A stretch of 64,000 nt of DNA from Heptranchias perlo (taxonomy: Eukaryota). Numbering within the stretch: position 1 is the first letter of the stretch; the number at the start of each line of letters is the position of its first letter. Under the pieces are notes generated by a model, which was given only the letters and a program-made list of their open reading frames with translations, did not search any database and was not told where the DNA came from. Below are positions 41,601 to 51,257 of the stretch, piece by piece. The translations under genes and the position numbers were made by a program. The DNA lies in NCBI RefSeq assembly GCF_035084215.1, contig NC_090341.1, forward strand, positions 15,624,001 to 15,688,000, written 5' to 3'.

Positions 41601-44600
41601 ATGAACATTCTATTTGAGTCTCCTTTACTGGTGATACAGATGCTGGTTGATCCACTGAAAAATAATGAAATGCCACCTCTGCATCAGTATATGGGTTGGA
41701 GAAGCAATTTTCACTAATAATGCTTTGCTGCTTCCCAAATGCACTGTTCATTTAGTATCGTGGAATCATCAAAGTGACACAAAATCTTGAAACTTCTATG
41801 TAATCATGGTGTGTGATGCAAAATGTCTGCATACTAAAGGTCAGTTAGTGTGACATCAATGGTGGAAACCACCTCAGCAGCTTCAACAGTCTCAATTTGA
41901 GGAAAGACTGGAGAATCTGGCATTTTTCAATCTTGAAAGGAGTGACTGAGAGATGACCGTACATGGGTGTATGGATAGAAAAAGGTACATCTAGAACGCT
42001 TCAAATTAAACCATGATAGTAGGGAAAGAGGATGCAGGTTCAAACTGATAAAAGACAAATTTAGAACTGATAGTCAGGAAAATCTTCTTTACACATAGAC
42101 TTCCAAGGTAGTACAGACTCTTAAAATCATTTAAACAGTTGGATGCTGTGATCAACATCCTCACCCCAACCCTGGGTTTTATTTTGATTAGGTGAGCAAA
42201 GATGGACCAAATGACTTTCCTCATTTGTATGAATCTTGTGATCACCAGACTCCCACAGCAACAGAGAGGCTGATGAAATGTACTTCAGTCTACAACTCAG
42301 ACCAACTTTGTTCCATAGGTGGAGTTATATATAACTGTAAAGGGGTGCAGACGGAATCGACCTTCAACTTTACTTAGGCCTCACCTGTATTACTAGAAAT
42401 GCATATTGGATTAGTGATTTCGAGCTAAACCAGCAGGAATTCTCATTTTTGCTTGTACAAAACATTGGGAAACTTTTAAGAAAATGGAAGCCTTGTCATT
42501 GAAAGTGCTCCTTGATGAACTAAATAAAGGCTAACCAGGAAATTCTTGATGTGGAGATGCCGGTGATGGACTGGGGTTGACAAATGTAAGGAATCTTACA
42601 ACACCAGGTTATAGTCCAACTGTTTTATTTGAAAATCACAAGCTTTCGGAGGCTTTCTCCTTCGTCAGGTGAGCGAGTGTGGGATTCCATGGAAGGTTAC
42701 CGCATTTATAGTCAGAGAACAATACCTGGTGATTACAGATAATCTTTCCAACTGCCTGTTGTCAAGGCAATCAAAGTGTTCAGACAGAGTGATGTTACCT
42801 ACAGGACCACCGAATACACAAACGGCCAGAACACAAAACAGAGAGAGGGAGAGAAACATCCGAAAGGAGGAGAAAGACAGAGAATGACCCGTTGTGTTAT
42901 AAACAGATAACTTTTTTTCGCTGGTGGGGTTACGTGTAGCGTGACATAAACCCAAGATCCCGATTGAGGCCGTCCTCATGGGTGCGGAACTTGGCTATCA
43001 ATTTCTGTTCGACGATTTTGCGTTGTCGTGTGTCTCGAAGGCCGCCTTGGAGAACGTTTACCCGAAGATCGGTGGCTGAATCGGGTAAGCGTTCTCCAAG
43101 GCGGCCTTCGAGACACACGACAACGCAAAATCGTCGAACAGAAATTGATAGCCAAGTTCCGCACCCATGAGGACGGCCTCAACCAGGATCTTGGGTTCAT
43201 GTCACGCTACACATAACCCCACCAGCGAAAAAAAGTTATCTGTTTTTAACACAACGGGTCATTCTCTGTCTTTCTCTTCCTTTCGGATGTTTCTCTCCCT
43301 CTCTCTGTTTTGTGTTCTGGCCATTTGTGTATTTGGTGGTCCTGTAGGTAACATCACTCTGTCTGAACACTTTGATTGCCTTGACAACGGGCAGTTGGAA
43401 AGATTATCTGTAATCACCAGGTATTGTTCTCTGACTATAAATGCGGTAACCTTCCATGGAATCCCACACTCGCTCACCTGACGAAGGAGAAAGCCTCCGA
43501 AAGCTTGTGATTTTCAAATAAAACAGTTGGACTATAACCTGGTGTTGTAAGATTCCTTACAGGAAATTCTTGACTATAGAAGTGCTTAAATATTACATTT
43601 TACTCAGTTGTTTCCTCCCGTATGACACAAGTGGCAGTACGAATGTGGCTTAGTCAACATTTGAGCTACGAGGAATATTCACGTGCCCCATCCTTTCCCC
43701 CTCCCCCATATTTAATTAACTGATTTTGAAAGATCTCAATGATTTACATGATCTTGAACAACCCAAATTCTCTAGTGCTGCTGCTATCTACACATTTCCT
43801 GTTTATCTTCTAGCAAACGTGATTCCAATGAAATGCATGATCTGGTAAAACTGATGACTCAGACATTGAGCATGGATTCAAAAGATTCCTATAGAGAAAA
43901 TCTAATGCCTGCTCCAGTACCAGAATTCAAACTACGGCGAAAGTATAGAGACACCCTGATTCTTCATGGGAAAGCTAAGGAAGATCCAGAGGATTTCTAT
44001 TTCAACGATTTTCCAACTGGTCTGTAGCAACTAGGAATACTTAATGCATATCTGAAATATTCTTTGTTCCATAAGTGAATTGAATGATTGGTTAATTAAA
44101 AATTATAGGTTTTTCTAATTTGAAGCACTTTTTAATTTTAGTACCTTTTTTGAGATTGAGGTGTAAATAAAATTATAAGTTGTGACCTCAGTTCCCCATT
44201 GCTGCACTATAGTTCAGCTTACTGTATTATTAAACCATTTCCTGTTTACTATTGTTTTGTTTAGAGGTTTTGTCTGTGCCAGAGAAGATCAAAAGAACAA
44301 TTCAAGCTCTACGAACAGATGTTGTAAAAGGATTAGGAGTAAAACTTTTAGAAAAAGTTTACAACATTATGGAAGATGATGATGAAGTCAAGAGGGAGGT
44401 AGGTTCCTCAGCTATTGCATTCATTGCATTTTTTAAGGAATTGTTCATTTGTCTTAGAGATCAATAGCTAATTATTTAAAATTAGTCTGATTTATGTAAC
44501 TATTTTAGGAATGCCTGCAGGAACACATGGGTGAAGAATTGTACAAGAATTACAGTATGAAGGTCCGACAGCTAAAGTTCTTTGAAGATAATTCAAATTT

Positions 44601-44604
44601 TTGA
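11509..44604 (+). CDS. NEK4: Serine/threonine-protein kinase Nek4, whole gene (16 coding exons, 808 aa)
   Basis: Exons join in frame to 2427 nt. N-terminal NIMA kinase domain ([26 protein letters not shown]). NEK4-type C-terminal motifs [29 protein letters not shown] and QLKFFE. Convergent with SPCS1, as in human. Confidence 0.95.
11780..12885. repeat. 25-bp minisatellite (~44 units) in NEK4 intron 1
   Basis: Unit AATCC(C/T)(G/A)GTCTGA(C/G)TCTCAATTCCC. Homogeneous in the centre and degenerate at the 3' end. Confidence 0.95.
14105..14540 (-). mobile_element. Deu-domain SINE (SacSINE1-like), near full length
   Basis: Reverse complement reads ...gtgggtagcactctc...gggttcaagccccactcc...gtgccgtctttcaggtgagacgcta...aaagatcccacggcactatt...gtgtcctggccaac... 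Confidence 0.8.
14569..15089 (+). mobile_element. 5'-truncated CR1 LINE 3' end inserted into the tail of a SINE
   Basis: [12 protein letters not shown]...[18 protein letters not shown]...[15 protein letters not shown] plus CR1 3' UTR. Flanked by TGATACA at 14562-14568 and 15090-15096. Confidence 0.85.
15090..15505 (-). mobile_element. Deu-domain SINE whose tail (14541-14568) is displaced by the CR1 insertion
   Basis: Same family as 14105-14540. Confidence 0.8.
15632..16654. mobile_element. MITE-like element, same family as 6028-6741 in opposite orientation, interrupted by a solo LTR
   Basis: Ends are GGGGGTAATTTTAACCCC and GAGGTCAAAATTCTGCCC. Shares internal blocks with the 6-kb copy. Flanks are AGT/AGT. 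Confidence 0.6.
15668..15878 (+). mobile_element. Solo LTR (211 bp)
   Basis: TGTTA...TAACA termini, internal TATATAA then AATAAA, near-TSD GTTGG/GTTGA. The host element resumes on both sides. Confidence 0.65.
23057..23323 (+). CDS. NEK4: NEK4 exon 2
   Basis: [43 protein letters not shown]...[10 protein letters not shown]; 267 nt; AG/GT boundaries. Confidence 0.95.
23991..24188 (+). CDS. NEK4: NEK4 exon 3
   Basis: [66 protein letters not shown]; 198 nt. Confidence 0.95.
25239..25346 (+). CDS. NEK4: NEK4 exon 4
   Basis: [36 protein letters not shown]; 108 nt. Confidence 0.95.
26616..26770 (+). CDS. NEK4: NEK4 exon 5
   Basis: [52 protein letters not shown]; 155 nt. Confidence 0.93.
27020..27580 (+). 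mobile_element. Old CR1-type LINE 3' fragment
   Basis: Decayed [17 protein letters not shown]...[15 protein letters not shown] motifs. Confidence 0.65.
27642..27780 (+). CDS. NEK4: NEK4 exon 6
   Basis: Open, phase-compatible exon ([21 protein letters not shown]...ASKYIK); ag|...|gtcaga. Confidence 0.8.
28343..28620 (+). mobile_element. 3' fragment of the same LINE family as 34543-36237
   Basis: Matches 35930-36237 (ctagaaggacaagggcagcagg...gggtcaaaatcctggaactccct...). A smaller 3' piece lies at about 25418-25525. Confidence 0.8.
28744..29151 (+). CDS. NEK4: NEK4 exon 7
   Basis: 408-nt open exon containing [13 protein letters not shown] and DDTFKLLQP; followed by gtagga. Confidence 0.88.
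29806..29862 (+). CDS. NEK4: NEK4 exon 8 (57-nt cassette-sized exon)
   Basis: [19 protein letters not shown]; pyrimidine tract plus cag acceptor, gtaagt donor, phase 0/0. Confidence 0.75.
31310..31450 (+). CDS. NEK4: NEK4 exon 9
   Basis: EDPSENV...[16 protein letters not shown]...TQK, followed by gtaagt; resembles the SEPSLSRQRRQK motif of NEK4. Confidence 0.88.
31762..31914 (+). CDS. NEK4: NEK4 exon 10
   Basis: [18 protein letters not shown]...[10 protein letters not shown], followed by gtttgt; 153 nt. Confidence 0.83.
33400..34440 (+). mobile_element. Older degenerate Penelope-like element 3' part (GIY-YIG remnant and terminal hammerhead motif)
   Basis: Broken frames resemble ...[16 protein letters not shown]......V.CHFNS. 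A CTGATGA...GAAA motif lies at 34345-34369. Confidence 0.7.
34543..36237 (+). mobile_element. 5'-truncated CR1/L2-group LINE with RT domain and one frameshift
   Basis: ORF 34687-35718: [30 protein letters not shown]. Continues in ORF 35618-36187 and ends in an A-rich tail. Confidence 0.92.
36285..36351 (+). CDS. NEK4: NEK4 exon 11
   Basis: [22 protein letters not shown]; 67 nt. Confidence 0.93.
37332..37447 (+). CDS. NEK4: NEK4 exon 12
   Basis: Phase-1 exon [39 protein letters not shown], followed by gtaatg; restores the frame between exons 11 and 13. Confidence 0.78.
38825..40625 (+). mobile_element. Young 5'-truncated Penelope-like retroelement (Neptune type) with uninterrupted RT + GIY-YIG ORF
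   Basis: ORF 38903-40303, open from about 38825: [20 protein letters not shown], Cys linker [12 protein letters not shown]...WYIGET...LRQRMNGH. Terminal hammerhead motif. Confidence 0.95.
40534..40574 (+). ncRNA. Minimal type-I hammerhead ribozyme (Penelope-associated)
   Basis: AUUUAC-CUGACGA-A-GGAGG-AAG-CCUCC-GAAA-GC-UU-GUGAAU: conserved core, helix I, helix II and palindromic AGCU helix III. Confidence 0.8.
41406..41500 (+). CDS. NEK4: NEK4 exon 13
   Basis: [31 protein letters not shown], followed by gtgagt; 95 nt. Confidence 0.92.
42636..42672 (-). ncRNA. Minimal hammerhead ribozyme motif (left arm of the palindrome)
   Basis: Reverse complement reads UCAC-CUGACGA-A-GGAG-AAAGC-CUCC-GAAA-GCUU-GUGA. 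Confidence 0.75.
43474..43510 (+). ncRNA. Minimal hammerhead ribozyme motif (right arm of the palindrome)
   Basis: UCAC-CUGACGA-A-GGAG-AAAGC-CUCC-GAAA-GCUU-GUGA. Confidence 0.75.
43814..44019 (+). CDS. NEK4: NEK4 exon 14
   Basis: [23 protein letters not shown]...[17 protein letters not shown]...DFPT; 206 nt. Confidence 0.93.
44265..44398 (+). CDS. NEK4: NEK4 exon 15
   Basis: [45 protein letters not shown], followed by gtaggt. Confidence 0.93.
44509..44604 (+). CDS. NEK4: NEK4 exon 16 (last coding exon)
   Basis: [31 protein letters not shown]. Confidence 0.93.
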   Translation, partial: ECLQEHMGEELYKNYSMKVRQLKFFEDNSNF

Positions 44605-47109
44605 CTGGTACCTAAAACAATTTTAACGGGTTAGTTCAATTTAAGAAGTGCCTTTTCACAGACACTGATCAGTTAAAATGTGTCAATCACAGCTGGAAAA
44701 CCCAATTGTCCGAATACCTACTGGCAAATCTTGGATTTTTTAAAAAACTTTGCACCATGCAATTGATGTCAAAGGAACTGTACAAAGGATTATGAAGCAG
44801 TGGACACTGTGTGTGCCTAGCCAGGACGTCCTACAGTTTGTGAATTAAAATGACTATTGCATCATATCTTTTCAATATCAACTCATGGTTTTTGGTGAAA
44901 TATTAGATGAACAGTTAAATATGTATCACATAGTATCGTTGATATGCAGTTGTTAATATTTTGTGTCACAAGATACCTACTTTACATATAGACAAGCAGT
45001 GTCTATCATGGAATTTACTTCACTTTTGGCTTTGATATCTTATATTAATGTGATTTAAGGATCCAAATATGTTGTATATTAAAGTGCTAAGTTTATTCAT
45101 AGGTCAGTTGAAATGATTGTTGTTCATCAGTTTATGTCTGTGGATAACTACACATTCTTTGTTTCTAGAAATTGCCCACAGACCACTGCACATTTTAGTA
45201 TGTGCTTTAAGAGAACTTTTTTCAAGCAACTCTGAAAATCCTTGACCCCCCCCCCCCCCCCCGCCCACTTTTTCTTTTTTTCTTTACTGTTCCATTTTCC
45301 TTTAAATTTTCTCACCTTCTCTCCTAAATTTCTGCTGGGGTACAGTTTCAGCCCTATTACTTCATACTAGTGGCTGAACTTGGTGAGCCTAGACAATGAG
45401 CAGCAGAAAGGTCCTCGCCTGAAATGCAAACAAGCAGTTTGTATTGTGGATGATTTTCCCTTTCTGACCCAGAGGGCTGAGGTCACTTTTAGTGCTTTTG
45501 ACACCACCCAACTGAGATGAGTTAACTCGGCACAGACCAGATTCAATCTTGGACATTCCTAATCTGTATGGTTCAGTACCATACCAAGCAGTGTATCCAC
45601 ACACACAGCCATGGGGGAAGCAAATTTCACTAGAACTCCTGTAACAATCTAGAAGTCTGCCTTCTAATGAGATTTCTACAATTTTCAAGATTTATGTGCT
45701 CAAACAAAAACAGAATACACTGCATATCTCAAAATTTTGACTTTGCAAGCTCATATGAATCAACGCGATCTGTACACTACATATTTAAGAATACAGAAAT
45801 ATAGGGGGAAGGGAGAAGGGGGATATAAATATGCCTATTAGCTGACATGTTAACCAAACCACAGACATATTGGTCCTTGTCATATGAGAGGAAACAAGTG
45901 AATAAAACTTCATATTCAAACACTTTCTATACACAGGAACTACCTGGATCAAGCATTTGCTTAGATCTTTCTAGCCACTGGCTTGTGCTTGAAATAGGAA
46001 ATAATTTCCCACAATAATAGTTTCACCTCCAACCAGACCAATATTATACCGAGAAAGATGATATGGTCTGTGTGCAATTTGTATTGTATTACTTAACAGA
46101 TAAACAGTAAATGAGCTTTAAGACACAATTGCAAATCATATCTAAATTCTTAATTAGGATTGTTGTATTGTTTCTTTAACTGAACTTTGTCTAGATATGT
46201 TCACAATAGTAAACATGGGATTCGTAAACTTGCAGTTATATTGCAACATTTGCTAGAAAAATAAAAATAATGTACAGTTTCCAAAGAAAATTGAATATAG
46301 TTTCATTTGGATTTTCTACAGGCTGTAACATTCCACACCTCTGAAGTCTTATCACTGTATCCAATTATGATTTATCTTACGGTCATAGTCTTATGATTTT
46401 AAAACAGAATAACTTAACTATAGAGCACTGGACTCCCAACCAGAAAAGATTGAGTTCAAGTCTCAGTCTTGACCAACCTTGCCGTCTCCTAAAAGGTAAA
46501 TTTGCCTGTCTCAGCCAAATAATAGGAGATGGAAACTGTTGAAATGCACTTGAAGGCAAGTTGACTAAGAAGTGCTGTTAGTATGTGTAGTTGTGTCCTA
46601 CCAATTTCATGTTTCAACAAGGTAAGATAGACTCATTAATTCCATTTTGAAATCTTTTTGAAGTTATATAAAGCAAATTTATCATTGCAGACTTGTGTAA
46701 TCTTTGCTGTGCTTAAGAACACTGATAAATTGTCACTTTTTATATGGTAATAATTCTTATGGCTCCCGCAGATTGCATTTTTTTGAGTGTCTACTGTTTG
46801 GATTAACTTACCTGTAATTAAGCTAGATTGAATCCAAAGACCTAGGTAATACTAAGTAGTTTTGTACAAATGAATTTTCTTTACTGTTTATAAAATTTAT
46901 ATCTTGTACTTCAAGTCTGGAGCCTACAAAGGTAAACGTTTGGCAGCTTAAGAAAACAGCTATATTTAATAAGGGCAATAGGACAATTAATGCATTTTTA
47001 AAAAAGTTATTGCTTTTTGCCACGGTCTGTCAGAATGTAAGAATGAAAAAGTACATGGAAGAGCATTTTTTTAAACTAGTCAGTCAAGTAGTGTGTAGTT
47101 CTTTCTTGA

Positions 47110-50100
47110 ATTTTTTTTTATTCGTTCATGGGATGTGGGCGTCGCTGGCAAGGCCAGCATTTATTGCCCATCCCTAATTGCCCTTGGTTGTGGAATCGCT
47201 TAGATCTGTCCATAGCATGTTGCTTCTGTTGTATAGCATGTACGTAGTCCTGTGTTGTAGCTTCATTAGGTTGGCACCTCATTTTTAGGTACACCTAGTG
47301 CTGCTCCTGGCATGCTCTTCTATACTCCTCATTGAACCAGGGTTGATCCCCTGGCTTGTTGGTAATGGTAGAGTGTGGAATATAGAATCATAGGAAATAG
47401 GAGCAAGAGTAGGCCATTCCACCCTTCGGGCCTGCTGCGCCATTCAAAATGATCATGGCTGATCGTCTAACTCAGCACCCTGTTCCCGCTTTTTCCCCAT
47501 ATCCATTGATCCCTTTCACATTAAGAAATATATCTACTTCTTGAATATGTTTAATGACTTGGCCTCCACTGCCTTCTGTGGTAGAGAATTCCACAGGTTC
47601 ACCACCCTCTGAGTGAAGAAATTTCTCCTCATCTCAGTTCTAAATGGCATACCCCATATCCTGAGACCGTGACCCTTGGTTATGGATTCCCCATCCATCA
47701 GGAACATCCTCCCTGCATCTAGTCTGTCTAGTCCTGTTAGAGCTTTATATGTTTCGATGAGATCACCTCTCATTCTTCTAAACTCTAGTGAATATAGGCC
47801 TAGTTGTCCCAATCTCTCATACCTCAGTCTTGCCATCCCAGGAATCAGTCTGGTAAACCTTCGTTGCACTCCCTCCATGGCAAGGACATCCTTCCTCAGA
47901 TAAGGAGATCAAAACTGCACACAATACTCCAGATGTGGTCTCAAGGCCCTGTACAACTGCAGTAAGACATCCCTGTTCCTGTACTCAAATCCTCTTGCAG
48001 TGAACGCCAACATACCATTTGCCTTCCTAACTGCTTGCTGCACCTGAATGCTCGCTTTCAGCGACTGGTGTACAAGGACACCCAGGTCTCGTTGCACCTC
48101 CCTTTTTCCCAATCTATCACCATTCAGATAATAATCTGTCTTTCTGTTTTTACAACCAAAGTGGATAACCTCACATTTATCCACATTATACTGCATCTGC
48201 CATGTTCTTGCCTACTCACCCAACTTGTCTAAATCTCGTTGGAGTCTCTGCATCCTCCTCACAGCTCACATTCCACCCCAGCTTTGTGTCATCTGCAAAC
48301 TTGGAAATGTCACATTCAGTTCCCTCATCCAAATCATTGATATATATTGTGAATAACTGGGGCCCAAGCACTGATCCCTGCGGTACCCCACTAGTCACTG
48401 CCTGCCACCCGGAAAAAGACTTGTTTATTCCTACTCTCTGTTTCCTATCTGTCAACCAATTCTCAATCCATGCCAGTATATTCCCCCCAATCCCATGTGC
48501 TTTAATTTTGCACACTAACCTCTTGTGTGGGACCTTATCAAAAGCCTTCTGAAAATCCAAGTACACCACATCCACTGGTTCTCCCCTATCTATTCTACTA
48601 GTTACCTCCTCAAAAAACTCCAGTAGATTTGTTAAGCATGATTTCCCTTTCATAAACCCATGCTGACTTTGTCCAATCCCGTTAATGCCTTCCAAGTGTT
48701 CTGTTATCACATCCTTTGTAATAGACTCTAGCATTTTCCCCACGACTGATGTTAGGCTAACTGGCCTGTAATTCCCTGTTTTTTTTTTCTCTCCCTCCTC
48801 TTTTAAATAGTGGGATTACATTTGCCACCCTCCAATCTGTAGGAACTGTTCCAGAGTCTATAGAATTTTGGAAGATGACCACCAATGCATCCATTATTTC
48901 CAGGGCCACTTCCTTTAGTACTTTGGGATGAAGATTATCAGGCCCTGGGGATTTGTCACCCTTTAGCCCCATTAATTTCCCTATCACTTTTTTTTTACTA
49001 ATACTGATTTCCTTCAGTTCCTCCCTCTCACTAGACCTTTGGTTCCCTAACATTTCCGAGAGGTTATTAGTGTCCTCCTTTGTGAAGACAGAACCAAAGT
49101 ATGTGTTTAATTGTTCTGCCATTTCTTTGTTCCCCATTGTAATTTCCCCCATTTCTGACTGTAAGGGACCTACATTTGTCTTCACTAATCTTTTTTCTCT
49201 TGACATATTTATAGAAGCTTTTACAGTCAGTTTTTATGTTCTCTGCTAGTTTACTCTCGTACTCTATTTTTCCCCTCTTAATCAATCTCTTTGTTCTCCT
49301 TTGCTGAATTCTAAACTGCTCCCAATCCTCAGGCTTGCCTTTTTTTCTGGCAATTATATATGTCTCCTCTTAAGATCTAATACTATCCCTAATTTCTTTT
49401 GTAAGCCACAGTTGAGCCACCTTTCCTGTTTTATTTTTGCGCCAGACAGGAATGAATAATTGTTGTAATTCCTGCACATGTTCTTTAAATATTAGCCATT
49501 GCCTATCTACCGTGGCCGGGCCATGAGGATACAGATTGTGCTGGAATACAATTCTGCTGCTGCTGATGGCCCACAGTGCCTCATGGATGCCCAGTTTTGA
49601 GCTGCTAAATCTGTTCTAAATCTATCCCATTTAGCACGGTGATAGTGCCACACAACACATTGGATGGTGTCCTCAGTGTGAAGACGGGACTCGTCTCCAC
49701 AAGGACAGTGCGGTGGTCACTCCTACCAATACTGTCATCGACAGATGCATCTGTGATAGGTCAAGTAGGATTTTCCCTCGTGTTGGTTCGCTCACCACCT
49801 GCCGCAGGCCCAGTCTGGCAACTATGTCCTTCAGGACTCGGCCAGCTTGGTCAGTAGTGGTGCTACCGAGCCACTCTTGGTGATGGACATTGAAGTCCCC
49901 CACCCAGAGTACATTCTGTGCCCTTGCTACCCTCAGTGCTTCCTCCAAGTGGTGTTCAACATGGAGGAGGACTGATTCATCAGCTGAGGGAGGGCGATAG
50001 GTGGTAATCAGCAGAAGGTTTCCTTGCCCATGTTTGACTTGATGCCATGAGATTTCATGGGGTCCGGAGTCAATGTTGAGGACTCCCAGGGCCACTCCCT

Positions 50101-50205
50101 CCTGACCTATATACCACTGTACCGCCATCTCTGGTAGGTCTGTCCTGACGGTGAGACAGGATATATGCAGGGATGGTGATGGAAGAGTCTGAGATGTTGG
50201 CTGAA
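47110..50205 (-). mobile_element. Internally deleted CR1/L2-group LINE (family of 34543-36237), split by a CR1 insertion; pieces at 47110-47383 and 49515-50205
   Basis: The 3' tail (47110-47186) is joined directly to the endonuclease-proximal region. ORF 49673-50128 has AP-endonuclease motifs ([16 protein letters not shown]). Confidence 0.85.
47384..49514 (-). mobile_element. CR1 LINE, 5'-truncated and frameshifted
   Basis: KSPGPDNLHP, QHGFMKGKSCLTNLLEFFE, YLDFQKAFDKVPH, GVPQGSVLGP, KFADDTK, RRNFFTQRVVNLWNSLP. Confidence 0.93.
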
Positions 50206-50574
50206 ATCATTGTTAACTGATGCAATTGAACAGTCGAATAGATTTTAGGCTTGATATACTATGCAGTTTACAATATCTATCAACTCTTTAAACCAAACTG
50301 CTAATTAAATGCTAAATTAGTTTTTAATTATTTTGGTGGTATTTATCAAATCATACCTGTCAACACTGATTCTCTATGAAATGAGGTTATGATCATCACT
50401 TATAGACACCCTTATAGATATCAATAATGGAATAACAGAACAGCATTCAGTAGAATCTAAAAGTTACATGATTTCTGAAGATAAGAAAATGTTCAGTAAG
50501 AAAGAAGTCATTGTTATAGTGCCTTACCACAAGATGTCCTAAAGTGCTTATTTTTGAAGCAGTCTATTGTATAA

Positions 50575-51012
50575 AAGATTTGCATTTATACAGCGCCTTT
50601 CACGTCCTCAGAACGTCCGAAAGCACTTTACACACCAATTAAGTACATTATTTTAAGTGTAACGTCATAATGTCAGAAATGGGGCAGTCAATTTTCAGAC
50701 AAGGTCCCACAAACAGCAATGTGATAATGACCAGATAATCTATTTTAGTGATTGAGGGATAAATATTGACCAGGACATCGGGGAAGAACTACCCTGCTCT
50801 TCAAAGTGGTGCCGTGGTGTTTTATTAACGTCCACCCGAGGGCAGATGGCCTCAATTTAACGTCTCATTGAAAGTCGTGCCGTCTCTGACAATGCAGCAC
50901 TCCCTCAGTGCTGGAGTGTCAGCCTAACTTTTGTGCTCAGGTCTCAGGAGTAAGACTTGAACCCACAACCTTCTGCCTCAGGTGAGAATGCTACAACTGA
51001 GCCACAGCTGAC
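50575..51012 (-). mobile_element. Deu-domain SINE
   Basis: Same family as the 14.1 and 15.1 kb copies (aagatttgcatttatacagcgcctttcac...ttgaacccacaaccttctg). Confidence 0.8.
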
Positions 51013-51021
51013 ACCTACATA

Positions 51022-51257
51022 TGATGTGGAGATGCCGGTGATGGACTGGGGTGGACAAATGTAAGGAATCTTACAACACCAGGTTATAGTCCAACAAATT
51101 TATTTTAAAATCACAAGCTTTCGGAGATTATCTCCTTCGTCAGATGATTGAATGAAAAGGTTCTCAAATCGCATATCTTATACGATGTTGGGACAGCATC
51201 ACACCAATCAAAAGGTGTCGTTGTTATTCAAACAGGCCAGTCACGGAGAACAGCACG
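51022..51257 (-). mobile_element. Short Penelope terminal (pLTR) fragment with hammerhead motif at 51109-51149
   Basis: The first ~75 nt nearly match 42548-42620. Possible TSD TACATA at 51016-51021 and 51258-51263. Confidence 0.8.

Larger units (their letters stand above)
42550..43559. mobile_element. Palindromic insertion of two inverted Penelope 3' ends
   Basis: Arms 42585-43065 and 43081-43561 (481 bp each) are reverse complements around a 15-nt spacer. Flanked by CAGGAAATTCTTGA at 42536-42549 and 43560-43573. Confidence 0.95.

Noticed and set aside
42536-43573. DNA transposon with long TIRs, or a pre-miRNA
   Set aside because: The arms are Penelope GIY-YIG C-terminus and 3' UTR sequence, and are far too long for a pre-miRNA.
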